Of a stretch of DNA of 64,000 nucleotides, positions 39,807 through 49,180 are shown one piece after another. A program made the translations under genes and the position numbers. The first letter of the stretch is position 1. Every line of letters starts with the position of its first letter. Source of the DNA: Spirochaetota bacterium (GTDB taxonomy: Bacteria; Spirochaetota; UBA4802; UBA5550); NCBI GenBank assembly GCA_025457915.1, contig JALOTL010000014.1, forward strand, positions 5,156 to 69,155, written 5' to 3'. The notes below the pieces were generated by a model, which was not told the origin of the DNA, did not search any database, and worked only from the letters and a program-made list of their open reading frames with translations.

Positions 39807-39828
39807 GGCGCCGATTCGAATCGGCGCC
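39807..39828. repeat. Palindrome copy 3 (GGCGCCGATTCGAATCGGCGCC), upstream of paralog 2
   Basis: The core is identical to copy 1. It is again preceded by TATA and followed by the related units CGTGTATTGTAACTCGGCGCCTGTGCGTAACCC. Confidence 0.7.
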
Positions 39829-40073
39829 CGTGTATTGTAACTCGGCGCCTGTGCGTAACCCTGTGCGGGGCCGTCATAATCACAATACAGCATTCTGCAG
39901 GATATCAATATTTGATGACAAAAATAAACATATGTCAATTATTATTTATCCCCGGGCGGCCCCCCCTTCAATAAACCGTTTTAATTTCAATTCTCTTCCA
40001 TAATAAATATAAGTCTTGAAAATTAAGCGCGCCTGTGCAATAAAAGACTCTGTCCAATGAGAGGTGTTCTGAA

Positions 40074-41903
40074 ATGGAAAACATTGAAGCCGTACGCAAG
40101 GACCTTAAAAATTTCAAAAACCTGTTCATCCTGTACACCGAGGGCGTGAGCTACCTCATACTGGTGCCCCTCGTGGTGCTCTACATCTGGGTCGACCTCG
40201 ACCTCAGGTACGACCAGGGAATGAACATGCTCAAGTTCACGGTCATTGCTGTGGTCATATCCGTGATCACCACGAACATCAACGACATGATAGTGCTTTC
40301 GCCGATAATAAAATACTTCAAGAAGCTCCTTGCCGGCGAACCGGCCCCCGAAGATGAATACGCCGCGGCGCAGAAAAGGTTTTTCTCCCTGCCCTACATA
40401 CACGGCATCGGGTCGTACCTCCGCTGGGTGTTCGGCCTCCTCCTGGCCATACCGCCCTTCATCCTCACAACCGACCTTACGAACATGCAGGTGGTGAACA
40501 CCCTTTTCATATTCATGGCCATCCCGCCGCTCGGGGGGATACTCTTCTTCTTCCTCACGGAGATATACATCCAGAAGCTCCTGAACAGGGGGATATTCAC
40601 CCGCCTCGTCATAAAGGGGTTCACGAAAAGCATGAGCTTCAGGCGGAGGCTGTTCCTGTCCATACTCACGATCGTCACGATCCCGGTCATCGGGATAAGC
40701 GGGTACTACACCATCCTCCTCGAGTCCGCGAACGCGCTCGACAGGGTTTCCTTCCTCAAGTTCGGGGCAGTCGTTCTTTTCGGCGTGGTGGTGGCCGCGA
40801 GCGTCACGCTCACAATGTGGCGATCGATCAAGGACAAGATCGGCCTGATATCCGCGTTCCTCACGCGCATCGGCGCGGGCGACCTTTCCGCGCCCAAGGG
40901 GGTCATCGCGGTCATGGACGAGCTCACGAAGATCAACCAGACCGTCTATCTGATGAAGAAGAACATCACGGAGATGATAGCTGACATAAATTCAATTTCC
41001 TCGAAGCTCGACGACTCGACGCACGAGATATCCAGCATCACGCAGTCCTTCACCGACGTGACGCAGAACCAGGCGGCCACGGTCGAGGAGGTCACCGCCA
41101 CCATCGAGGAGATCTCCGCCGGGATGGACGGGATCACCTCCGGCGCCCAGGTCCAGCTCAAGAGCCTGCTGGCCCTTCTCGCCAGGATGGGCGAGCTCTC
41201 GGGCACCATCCGGGAGATGTCGCAGGAGATCACCAGCGCCACCCAGCTCGCGTCGTCCATGAACACCGACGTGGCGAGCGGCGAACTGTCGCTCCGCGGG
41301 ATGAACGGGAGCATGCTGAAGATCAGCGAGAGCTCCCAGCAGATGACAGGCATCGTGAACATCATCAACGACATATCCGACAAGATCAACCTCCTGTCGC
41401 TGAACGCCTCCATCGAGGCGGCCCGCGCCGGCGACTCCGGCAGGGGCTTCGCGGTCGTCGCGGACGAGATATCCAAGCTCGCCGAGAACACCGCGTCGAG
41501 CGTCAAGGACATAGACTCCCTCATCAAGGCCATGGACGCGGAGATCCGCAAGGGGATCTCCGACGTGTCCGACGTCGTCGAGAGGATGGGCAGGATAACT
41601 TCCGGCATCAACTCGATGGGAGGCATGGTCGGGAAGATATCGGGCATCATGCAGAAGCAGGTCGAGACGAACGAGATGGTCGACAGGGAGGCCACCAGCG
41701 TCAAGGCCAGGTCCGAAGAGATCGAGACCGCGACCATGGAGCAGAAGATCGCCATCGGAGAGGTCGTCAGGTCGGTCACGAAAATCAACGAGCTCACCCA
41801 GACCATATCAGCCGGTTCCGAGGAGATCACGGCCAACACAATGGAGAACGCGAAGATAGCCGACATACTGAAGAAAAAGGTCGACCAGTTCAAGCTCACG
41901 TGA
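40074..41903 (+). CDS. Methyl-accepting chemotaxis protein with multi-TM N-terminal sensor, HAMP and MCP signalling domains
   Basis: A hydrophobic N-terminal half is present. The highly conserved MCP signalling motif is ...NLLSLNASIEAARAGDSGRGFAVVADEISKLAENTASS.... Confidence 0.85.
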   Translation: MENIEAVRKDLKNFKNLFILYTEGVSYLILVPLVVLYIWVDLDLRYDQGMNMLKFTVIAVVISVITTNINDMIVLSPIIKYFKKLLAGEPAPEDEYAAAQKRFFSLPYIHGIGSYLRWVFGLLLAIPPFILTTDLTNMQVVNTLFIFMAIPPLGGILFFFLTEIYIQKLLNRGIFTRLVIKGFTKSMSFRRRLFLSILTIVTIPVIGISGYYTILLESANALDRVSFLKFGAVVLFGVVVAASVTLTMWRSIKDKIGLISAFLTRIGAGDLSAPKGVIAVMDELTKINQTVYLMKKNITEMIADINSISSKLDDSTHEISSITQSFTDVTQNQAATVEEVTATIEEISAGMDGITSGAQVQLKSLLALLARMGELSGTIREMSQEITSATQLASSMNTDVASGELSLRGMNGSMLKISESSQQMTGIVNIINDISDKINLLSLNASIEAARAGDSGRGFAVVADEISKLAENTASSVKDIDSLIKAMDAEIRKGISDVSDVVERMGRITSGINSMGGMVGKISGIMQKQVETNEMVDREATSVKARSEEIETATMEQKIAIGEVVRSVTKINELTQTISAGSEEITANTMENAKIADILKKKVDQFKLT

Positions 41904-42337
41904 CGCGGGGACGGCACATGAAACGCATACACGGCAGGCTCCTCATCGCGACGGGCGTAATACATTTAATCTGCACTTTCCTGCCGGGCGTATTCGGCAG
42001 GCAGTTCGCCGCTTTTTCCAGGACCGCCTTTTTCTCGATAAGCGAAGGGATACTCTCCTTCCCGATGTTCGGGGGATCAATCGATTACGAGGCCTTCGCC
42101 GCTTTCTGGTTCTTTTACGCGGGGCCGTTCATCATCGGGTGCGGGCTCCTCGTCGACAGGATCGAAAAGCTTGAGGGCCGCCTGCCCCTGTACCTTTCCG
42201 CGTTCATCACCGCGGTCACGCTGATCGGGTCCTACATGATACCCGCGTCCGGCATGACCGTCATCATGATTCCCCAGTGCGTTTACATGTTAGCGAGGAG
42301 CCGGAAGCCCGGGAATTTCCGGGGGAATGGGTCGTAG
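41900..42337 (+). CDS. Hypothetical small membrane protein
   Basis: It has 3-4 hydrophobic helices and overlaps the MCP stop. The alternative start MKRIHG lies at 41918. Confidence 0.45.
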   Translation: MTRGRHMKRIHGRLLIATGVIHLICTFLPGVFGRQFAAFSRTAFFSISEGILSFPMFGGSIDYEAFAAFWFFYAGPFIIGCGLLVDRIEKLEGRLPLYLSAFITAVTLIGSYMIPASGMTVIMIPQCVYMLARSRKPGNFRGNGS

Positions 42338-42348
42338 ACTCCGCCGGT

Positions 42349-42873
42349 CTACTTCATCTTCACCTGCACTATGCCTGATATCGGAATGGTAACGACCCCG
42401 CTGGAGGTATTCATCTTCACGTTCTTACTGTCCTGCAGATAAATCACGCCCAGGAGCCTGGTACCGTCGTCCAGCGTGACCTCCTCGAGCTTGTGGTAAT
42501 ATTCCTTGATCTCCCTGTCGGTCTCCAGGATCGGCGCCTTCTCCACGTCCGGGACGTATAAATATACCGGCAGGCCCCTGGCCATCTTACCCAGATACTT
42601 GCCGTTCCCAGGGATGAGCCTGCACTTCGCCACTGTCTGCATTGGAAACGTCGCGGTCATTATCACGACCCTGTCGCCGATCCGCACGTACAGCCTGCTG
42701 CCCATGAAAATTTTCTGGCCGGCATTGGGGGACTGCACGATGATCTCTCCCGTGGATTGATTCACGCTGCCGATTTTGCCTAAAAGCTCCCCGTCAACTG
42801 ATAATAGCGGCGCTTCCAGAAGCATTATTGAAATGAACGCCGTTCCCATATGGAAAAATAAAAAATTTTTCAT
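42349..42873 (-). CDS. Secreted hypothetical protein, paralog A of a two-member family
   Basis: A signal peptide is present. The N-terminal domain LDGELLGKIGSVNQSTGEIIVQ...LYVRIGDRVVIMTATFPMQTVAKCRLIP is about 60% identical to the product of 44375..45127. Confidence 0.55.
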   Translation of the reverse strand: MKNFLFFHMGTAFISIMLLEAPLLSVDGELLGKIGSVNQSTGEIIVQSPNAGQKIFMGSRLYVRIGDRVVIMTATFPMQTVAKCRLIPGNGKYLGKMARGLPVYLYVPDVEKAPILETDREIKEYYHKLEEVTLDDGTRLLGVIYLQDSKNVKMNTSSGVVTIPISGIVQVKMK

Positions 42874-43218
42874 GCAGTCCGTCCCTGTATAAAATCGATA
42901 AGATGGTCCATGAATTGCGCTGTTTTTAACGTATATCGTTTTCATATTCCGCGGGCTGAAATAATCAAGAAGGATTTATTCCCGGGAAAATAAAAACACA
43001 TTTATTGCTTCTTTCAATACGGAAGAGGCCGGATGCGGACAGTCATCCGCCTTATATCCGGCGTACAGACTGCTGGAAATAAGGTATCGGGAATCTTTCC
43101 AATGCGTGCAGGATCATCGGAATATCCAATAATATCATCTCACCCTGCCCTGGCCCCTCCCATCCAGGGAGCGGGATAAGGATATCCGGCAAAAGTCCCG
43201 CCATAAGCCAACGCGCCC

Positions 43219-44205
43219 TTATATCTTGAAATTATACGTAACCGACAGCACGACCCCGTAGAAATAGTCAGTAGTGCCGTTGAAAACATCCCTGCCTGAA
43301 TACCCTAAAATTTTATTCTGAATCAGCATGGTAAACACGTTATATGTGCTGTCGTAGTAGCTGTGCACCAGCCTGCTGCAGTACATCTTCAGCATCTGGA
43401 AGCGGAACCCCGCGGACACGGTGACCGATGCGGCCGTAATATAATACGCGAGGGAAAGGCTCCCGTTCATTCCGGCGGCGTTGAATTTCTGGTTCTGCCT
43501 GTTCATGAATGCGTTCAACGACAGGGGGCTGAACGCCTTTTCGTTCCAGTCGACGTACGACCTCATGTAAACGCCTGAAAGGTTTCCCAGCAGGTACAGG
43601 TCCTCCGCGACCGGCAGGACCGTGCCCAGCCCCAGTCCCGCGCCGTATCCGTCTGATTCGGCCGTGTAGTTGTACAGCCAGAAATCCGCGGCCGTCGGGG
43701 CGCTGGTCAAAAACGTTTTCAACGGCCTGCTGCTGTAAGAGTAGCCCTGGTACTTGAACCCGCAGAAAATCTTCAGGTACGGCAGGGGGGAATAATTGAC
43801 CGTGGTGTCCGAATCGTATTTTTTCATCCGGAGCGAGACGTTCTGGGAGATAATGTCCGGGCCGGGATATAATTTCATGCTTCCCCCGGTTTGGCCGTAG
43901 GGAGAGCCCATGGTGAACACGGAGGAGAAGCTCCATTCGTCCGAGACCTTCACTGACACCGCGGGCCCGTATAAAAACGAACCGGACTCCTTCCATCTGG
44001 ACCGCAAGTAGATTTCACCGTATTCCATATAGTGCAGGGCCTTGATCCTGTTCGAGTACCTGTTCTGGAAATAATTCTTGAAATACGGCGACCACCACGC
44101 GTACCAGGCCATCGGTCCCGCGCTGATTTCCAGCGCACGTGCGGGTCCCATAAAAGAGTTTAGCAGAAACAACGAAAACAGGGCAAGCAGGGTGATCTTC
44201 TTCAT
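43219..44205 (-). CDS. Secreted / outer-membrane hypothetical protein, divergent paralog 3 of the YAWWSP family
   Basis: The signal peptide is MKKITLLALFSLFLLNSFMGPARA. The motifs MAWYAWWSPYF and LKIFCGFKYQGYSY are shared with paralogs 1 and 2. Confidence 0.55.
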   Translation of the reverse strand: MKKITLLALFSLFLLNSFMGPARALEISAGPMAWYAWWSPYFKNYFQNRYSNRIKALHYMEYGEIYLRSRWKESGSFLYGPAVSVKVSDEWSFSSVFTMGSPYGQTGGSMKLYPGPDIISQNVSLRMKKYDSDTTVNYSPLPYLKIFCGFKYQGYSYSSRPLKTFLTSAPTAADFWLYNYTAESDGYGAGLGLGTVLPVAEDLYLLGNLSGVYMRSYVDWNEKAFSPLSLNAFMNRQNQKFNAAGMNGSLSLAYYITAASVTVSAGFRFQMLKMYCSRLVHSYYDSTYNVFTMLIQNKILGYSGRDVFNGTTDYFYGVVLSVTYNFKI

Positions 44206-44374
44206 ATGACCGCGCATCCAGTCACGCTTCCGGAGCGTTTTTTTTTACGGTCTAATGATTTTCCGGAGCTTGTATTTGTCAATTTGTAAATTTCCGGGGC
44301 TGAACGCCGCGCCCGTTTTTACGCGCCGCAAGATTTCCGGAAGGCTTTTTTTAATTGCCGTGAAAATCCGGCGC

Positions 44375-45127
44375 CTAGTTGGGAGTCCTCACGTACTGGT
44401 AGCGGACGCTTTCCGGGTCCGGAACCCTTGCCTTGAATCCATTATACGCCTCCGGGACCATCCCGGTCCACAGGTACAGCAAGCCCCACACCTCCACGGT
44501 TTTGCCGTCTGCGCTTATTTTTCCCTGCACGTCCCCTACCTGCACGCTGCTGTAGTTTTCCCTGTTCGGGTACGGATTGTAGCGGGCCGTAAAGGTCCTG
44601 CCTGTAAGTCTTCCCTTGAAAAGCACCCACTTGATATAAGCGGAATGTCCCGGGCCCGCGGCAGGGCAGTTATGGTACGCCGTGATGTCGTCCCCCGCTA
44701 TCTCGAAGGTGATCCTGTTGCACGAGGTATCGCCCTTGATCATCCACAATCCGCCGAGATCAACCCCTCTTTTCGAAACGGCCGGGGCCGCGGGGGTCTC
44801 GACTCCCTTCACGTAGGCATACACCCTCATTTCCCTCGTTATGCTCCTGAGTCTTGCGGCGTGTTCCGGAAGGAGCCTGCATTTCGCCGTGGCCTGCATC
44901 GGGAACACAGCGGTCATAACGACCGGCTCGCCGTTCAGCCTGACGTAAAGCTTCATTCCCATGCGTATCTTCTCCCCGGCCTCGCCCGCCTGGACGATGA
45001 TCTCGCCCGTGGCAGCGTTAACGGAGCTCACCTTGCCGATAAGCTCCCCGTCAAGTGAATGGAGATCCGGATGCGTGAAAATCAAACTGAAAAGGATTAC
45101 TGACGCGGGAATGATCATTTTTTTCAT
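44375..45127 (-). CDS. Secreted hypothetical protein, paralog B (longer C-terminus)
   Basis: The signal peptide is MKKMIIPASVILFSLIFT. The N-terminal domain is shared with paralog A. Confidence 0.55.
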   Translation of the reverse strand: MKKMIIPASVILFSLIFTHPDLHSLDGELIGKVSSVNAATGEIIVQAGEAGEKIRMGMKLYVRLNGEPVVMTAVFPMQATAKCRLLPEHAARLRSITREMRVYAYVKGVETPAAPAVSKRGVDLGGLWMIKGDTSCNRITFEIAGDDITAYHNCPAAGPGHSAYIKWVLFKGRLTGRTFTARYNPYPNRENYSSVQVGDVQGKISADGKTVEVWGLLYLWTGMVPEAYNGFKARVPDPESVRYQYVRTPN

Positions 45128-45268
45128 GATAATTCTCCATGGGGAAATGATTTGGATATTTATCCGGTAGCACAACCGGCGGGGATGTCAAGATTTATAT
45201 TGCGGAAAATATTCCGGGCGCGCGCATCCGTTAATGGAAAATTATTTCATGACGCGTGAAATATCAAA

Positions 45269-45463
45269 CTATTTCTTCCCCGGTTTTCCCAGGGCTAAAA
45301 AGACCGTCACGCTGATGACGGCCAGGATCACCATGCAAGCGGTCATGCCCGTCTTGAAGTGCCGAGGGACCCCGGGCCTCGCCAGTAGCTGGTACCACCA
45401 CCCTGCAAAAACAATATTGACCAGGGCAATTATGGCCGCAAGCAGCACCCTGTCGCGATTCAT
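45269..45463 (-). CDS. Possible small (64 aa) two-TM membrane protein
   Basis: It is an ORF with two hydrophobic segments and no recognisable family. Support is weak. Confidence 0.3.
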   Translation of the reverse strand: MNRDRVLLAAIIALVNIVFAGWWYQLLARPGVPRHFKTGMTACMVILAVISVTVFLALGKPGKK

Positions 45464-45521
45464 TTTCCGACCTCCTTCATTTCCCTCCGGAAAGCCGGCC
45501 GCGGTCGGGAATTCATTCCTC

Positions 45522-46094
45522 TCACGCGCTTTTTATAACGACCGCGCGGCTGAAAAAGACCCCCGGTTCTTCGATGATTTCAAATCCGGTCCGCCTGATC
45601 ATGTCCTTGACTTTTACGAAATCGTTTTTTGAAACATGGAATTTCGGCTCGACGATCAAGGCTTTCCCGTCCCGCTTCAGCAGGGTCCTGATTTCCCTTA
45701 AAAAGGCCTCCTGGTCCGGCACCTCGTGGAGCATGTAAAACACCAGTATGAAATCGTTTTCCACGGACAGGCCGGTCCCGTCGCTTCCGCATTTGTGGAG
45801 CCTGACCGTATCCGCGAGACCGGCGCCGTCTATTTTTTTCCTCAATATCTTGAGCATATCCTCCTGGAGATCGGCCGCGGTCACTTTCCCCGATTTACCT
45901 GCCAGCCTCGCCATTTCCATCGTGAAAAACCCCGGGCCGCAGCCCAGGTCGAGAACAGTCATCCCTTCCCTGATATAAGGCTTCAGCATCTTTCCCGGGT
46001 CATGGAACAGCCTGCGTATATTCAAATCCAGCGCACCGGCATGCTCGGCCGGGCATACTCTGTTTTTCCTGTCCGGTTCCATATTTTTCTCCAT
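45522..46094 (-). CDS. Class I SAM-dependent methyltransferase
   Basis: Motif I is VLDLGCGPGFF, with downstream acidic and motif II/III spacing. The start is chosen at MEKNMEPDRK. Confidence 0.7.
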   Translation of the reverse strand: MEKNMEPDRKNRVCPAEHAGALDLNIRRLFHDPGKMLKPYIREGMTVLDLGCGPGFFTMEMARLAGKSGKVTAADLQEDMLKILRKKIDGAGLADTVRLHKCGSDGTGLSVENDFILVFYMLHEVPDQEAFLREIRTLLKRDGKALIVEPKFHVSKNDFVKVKDMIRRTGFEIIEEPGVFFSRAVVIKSA

Positions 46095-46255
46095 GATATT
46101 TTTATCCCGGGTATTAAACCCCCGTTCAATGGAACTGTCAAGCGCCAAAATCCACATATGTATATGATACTTGATTTTTGGTTTGACTCCGGCGCCTTTC
46201 GGGTCAATGCTAACGGCATAACGGCTTTCCATATCAACCGAAAGGAGCAACGTTT

Positions 46256-46903
46256 ATGCATTATTCGCCCGGGTATTATTTAATGATTTTAGCGCTGTTA
46301 TTTTCCGTGTTCACGGGGTGCAAGAAGGAAACCGCCGTGGTCGATTCTCCGGGCGGACTGGTGTTCAGGGACGCGCCCTCTGCGAATTCGAAGCGCATCT
46401 ATTCTCTCATCAACAATACCGGCGTGGTCGTCCTGGAAAACGGGCCGAGGGAAACCATCGGCGGGAAAACCGGCATCTGGCAGAAGGTCAGGGTCGGCTC
46501 CGACGAGGGATGGGTCTTCGGCGGGTACCTTTCAGGCAAAGTTCCCGAGGGCCGCAGGACGGAGTACCTGTTCTCCGCCGAGGGCAACAGCACGGCGGTC
46601 ATCTACCTCTCGTTATACAAAAACAAGTCGTTCGACCTGTATTTTGAAAGCATGCTGGACGGCGGGGAAAAATATACGGTCATCAAGGGGAAATGGAACA
46701 AACAGGGGAACGATATAGTCCTGAAATTCGACGCGGCCCAGCCTGGCTGTCCGGAATGCGCGGTAAAATATTTTTTCGTCAATTCGGACGGGAGGAAATG
46801 GGACAGCGCGGTCAGGATCATCGACGACAATACCTATTCCTTCGACAAATCCGTCGGCGGAATCGCCCTGTGGGGCGTAACCTGCATGAAATACGAATTC
46901 TAG
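46256..46903 (+). CDS. Lipoprotein with bacterial SH3-like domain
   Basis: The lipobox is LLFSVFTGC. The SH3b-like motifs are ...VFRDAPSANSKRIYSLINNTGVVVLE...GIWQKVRVGSDEGWVFGGYL. The RBS GAAAGGAGC precedes the start. Confidence 0.7.
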   Translation: MHYSPGYYLMILALLFSVFTGCKKETAVVDSPGGLVFRDAPSANSKRIYSLINNTGVVVLENGPRETIGGKTGIWQKVRVGSDEGWVFGGYLSGKVPEGRRTEYLFSAEGNSTAVIYLSLYKNKSFDLYFESMLDGGEKYTVIKGKWNKQGNDIVLKFDAAQPGCPECAVKYFFVNSDGRKWDSAVRIIDDNTYSFDKSVGGIALWGVTCMKYEF

Positions 46904-47147
46904 ACGATACGGCGGAACATGTCGGACCGCATTAATAAAAAAGGCGCCGGGCAAAGACTTTGAAATCCGTTATTTAAAAAATCCTTGTAATTCATCAGGT
47001 ATTGAATAATCATTGATAAAACCCGGTTCGGTAATGTCAGAGACATTAATAAAATCAGAAAATCTGATATCCGGATCCATGCGGTTAATAAGGATAAATT
47101 TAACATCAACTTTTATCAACAAATCAAATATCGGGGACAATGACTAC

Positions 47148-47414
47148 ATGAGCATGAATAAATTAAAAAAACATCTCGAGGAACTTAAATCGGAAGCAAA
47201 TAAACTCAAGGCCGGCGATAATGAAACGAGAGAGAAAATGACCGTCCTTATTTCCGAGATTGAGCATTTGCTGGAAAATCCGGACGATTCCGCTCACAGG
47301 AGCCTGGTAATCAATAACCTGCAGGACCATGTTGAGAATTTCGAAATCAAGCATCCCGATTTAACAGGGGTATTAAACCAGATTATGGTGATGCTCGGCA
47401 ATATGGGAATCTAG
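47148..47414 (+). CDS. Small coiled-coil protein (DUF4404-like)
   Basis: MSMNKLKKHLEELKSEANKLKAGDNETREKMTVLISEIEHLLENPDD... is 89 aa and low-GC. Confidence 0.5.
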   Translation: MSMNKLKKHLEELKSEANKLKAGDNETREKMTVLISEIEHLLENPDDSAHRSLVINNLQDHVENFEIKHPDLTGVLNQIMVMLGNMGI

Positions 47415-47734
47415 CGTCCGATTCATCAATCCGGGGCGGGCCGGGACCGCTATAATTCAGCCCCTTAGACGGTTGGCAATAAAATCCGCGATTCTTGCTT
47501 AAAGTTTGCTATTCTCTCCGATCCTGGTTACATTATATATGAAACTAGCGGGATGACCCCATATATAGATGGGAAAAAGCAGAAAAAAGAAGTTTGTATA
47601 TCATCCCCAAACAGAATTAAATATGTTAATGCTGTTTTGATGAAGGCCAGACCGTAAGAAAGTGTGGCCTTCTAATTTATAGATTGGGTATTTTATCCTT
47701 TTGATTCTGAATAAAGTATAAAAGAGGCGGCAAT

Positions 47735-48064
47735 ATGAAATATTACGATATTTTGTGGGATGAAAATCCAGGTATCAATCAAAAATTAGCTGTTGCTTTT
47801 GACCAGATAATTTCAACAAATAAAATATTCCCTCAATATGGGAAATACGGCAACTTCAATAGTTCACTTGCCAACAGAAGACCCCTCGGTTTTAAATTCT
47901 CGAATGAGCTGGAAGATAAGATCAAAAAAATTTTGAAAAAATTAAAGGTCATCGAGTATTTTAAAGAAAGAACGGCAGGGGAAGAGGAGTTAAAAAAAAC
48001 TACAACAAAAGCGGACATTCAGGGAGCTGGATCATGTGTTGCAGATATAACGGCAGCAACATGA
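47735..48064 (+). CDS. Hypothetical 109-aa protein (low-GC insert)
   Basis: The RBS AAAGAGGCGGCAATATG is present. No family was recognised. Confidence 0.45.
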   Translation: MKYYDILWDENPGINQKLAVAFDQIISTNKIFPQYGKYGNFNSSLANRRPLGFKFSNELEDKIKKILKKLKVIEYFKERTAGEEELKKTTTKADIQGAGSCVADITAAT

Positions 48065-48187
48065 TGCTGAGCCGAATGCATTTTAAAAGTCTTATGCTTG
48101 GATTCATTGTGTAAATACCCGTCTGATATTTCAGCATTGGCATCAACTGCAAGCGATCAAACATCGGAATGATTTTGTCGTCCAATC

Positions 48188-48246
48188 CCTCGCCGGAATC
48201 GCCCCGCGGGGCATCGCCTGCATGAAATACGAATTCCAGTCGATGA
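48188..48246 (+). repeat. Degenerate direct repeat of the 3' end of the SH3b lipoprotein gene (46852-46909)
   Basis: CCTCGCCGGAATCGCCCCGCGGGGCATCGCCTGCATGAAATACGAATTCCAGTCGATGA aligns with CGTCGGCGGAATCGCCCTGTGGGGCGTAACCTGCATGAAATACGAATTCTAGACGATA at roughly 85% identity. The stop TAG has become CAG. Confidence 0.65.
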
Positions 48247-48609
48247 CAAATTCATCGACCTCGCCTATTCAGACCCGCCTGGCCCGAAGGTATACCGGCA
48301 GGACATGTATCCGGTAAAAACATCGGGTCCCCCGATGTCGCGTCCCGCGGGCAACACCTGGTGATGCGGTTCTCCGAAATTAATGACCGCCCAGATGTTG
48401 AACCCGATACCGTTCCTGCCCCAGCCTTCGATCCGGGCCATGTAAAAAAGCTCCGCGCCTGCCGCTACCGATCCCGTCAATTTCCGCTGGACATGCCCCG
48501 CCGGGCGGGCATAAAATTAATTATTTTACAAAAAAATCACAACAAAAAACGCCCCCGGATCGTATATAATACAGGTACCTGAAACGGAAGGGAGCGGGAC
48601 AAAGCCTGA

Positions 48610-49167
48610 ATGATGAAATCGCTAATCGAACGGATCCGCGTCGCGCTGGACGGCGGCGACCCGGATAAAAGGGAGTCCCTGATGGAATACATCTGGTCGG
48701 AATACGGGCACAGGGTCTCGTATTATATCTCGACGATCGTTTCCAGGGACACGGCCCATTTCGACGACATCTTCCAGGACGCGATGATAAGAATTTTTGA
48801 AAACATCGGCTCTTACGATCCCGCCTATTCCTTCAACACGTGGATATACAGCATCGCCAGGAACCTTTGCTTCGACTACCTGAAAAGGCCGCAAAACGCG
48901 GCCGAAGGAATGCTGATGGATGATTTCCCCGACCCGGGAAGCGGCCCGCAGGAGGCGGCGCTAAGGGACGAGGTGATGCACAGGATCGACGCCTCGATCA
49001 GGGGGCTTTCTGCCGGGGACAGGGAAATCGCCTACCTCAGATTTTTTGAAAACCTGAGGTACAGGGAGATCAGCGCGCTCACGGGCGTGAAGCTTAATAC
49101 CGTGAAGGCGAAGCTCAGGCTGATAAAGGACAGACTGCGCGCCGGGCTCGGGGACATTTATTACTAG
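48610..49167 (+). CDS. ECF-type RNA polymerase sigma factor
   Basis: Region 2 is ...FQDAMIRIFENIGSYDPAYSFNTWIYSIARNLCFDYL.... Region 4 is ...YLRFFENLRYREISALTGVKLNTVKAKL.... Confidence 0.8.
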   Translation: MMKSLIERIRVALDGGDPDKRESLMEYIWSEYGHRVSYYISTIVSRDTAHFDDIFQDAMIRIFENIGSYDPAYSFNTWIYSIARNLCFDYLKRPQNAAEGMLMDDFPDPGSGPQEAALRDEVMHRIDASIRGLSAGDREIAYLRFFENLRYREISALTGVKLNTVKAKLRLIKDRLRAGLGDIYY

Positions 49168-49180
49168 GCGGAGGCTTGCC

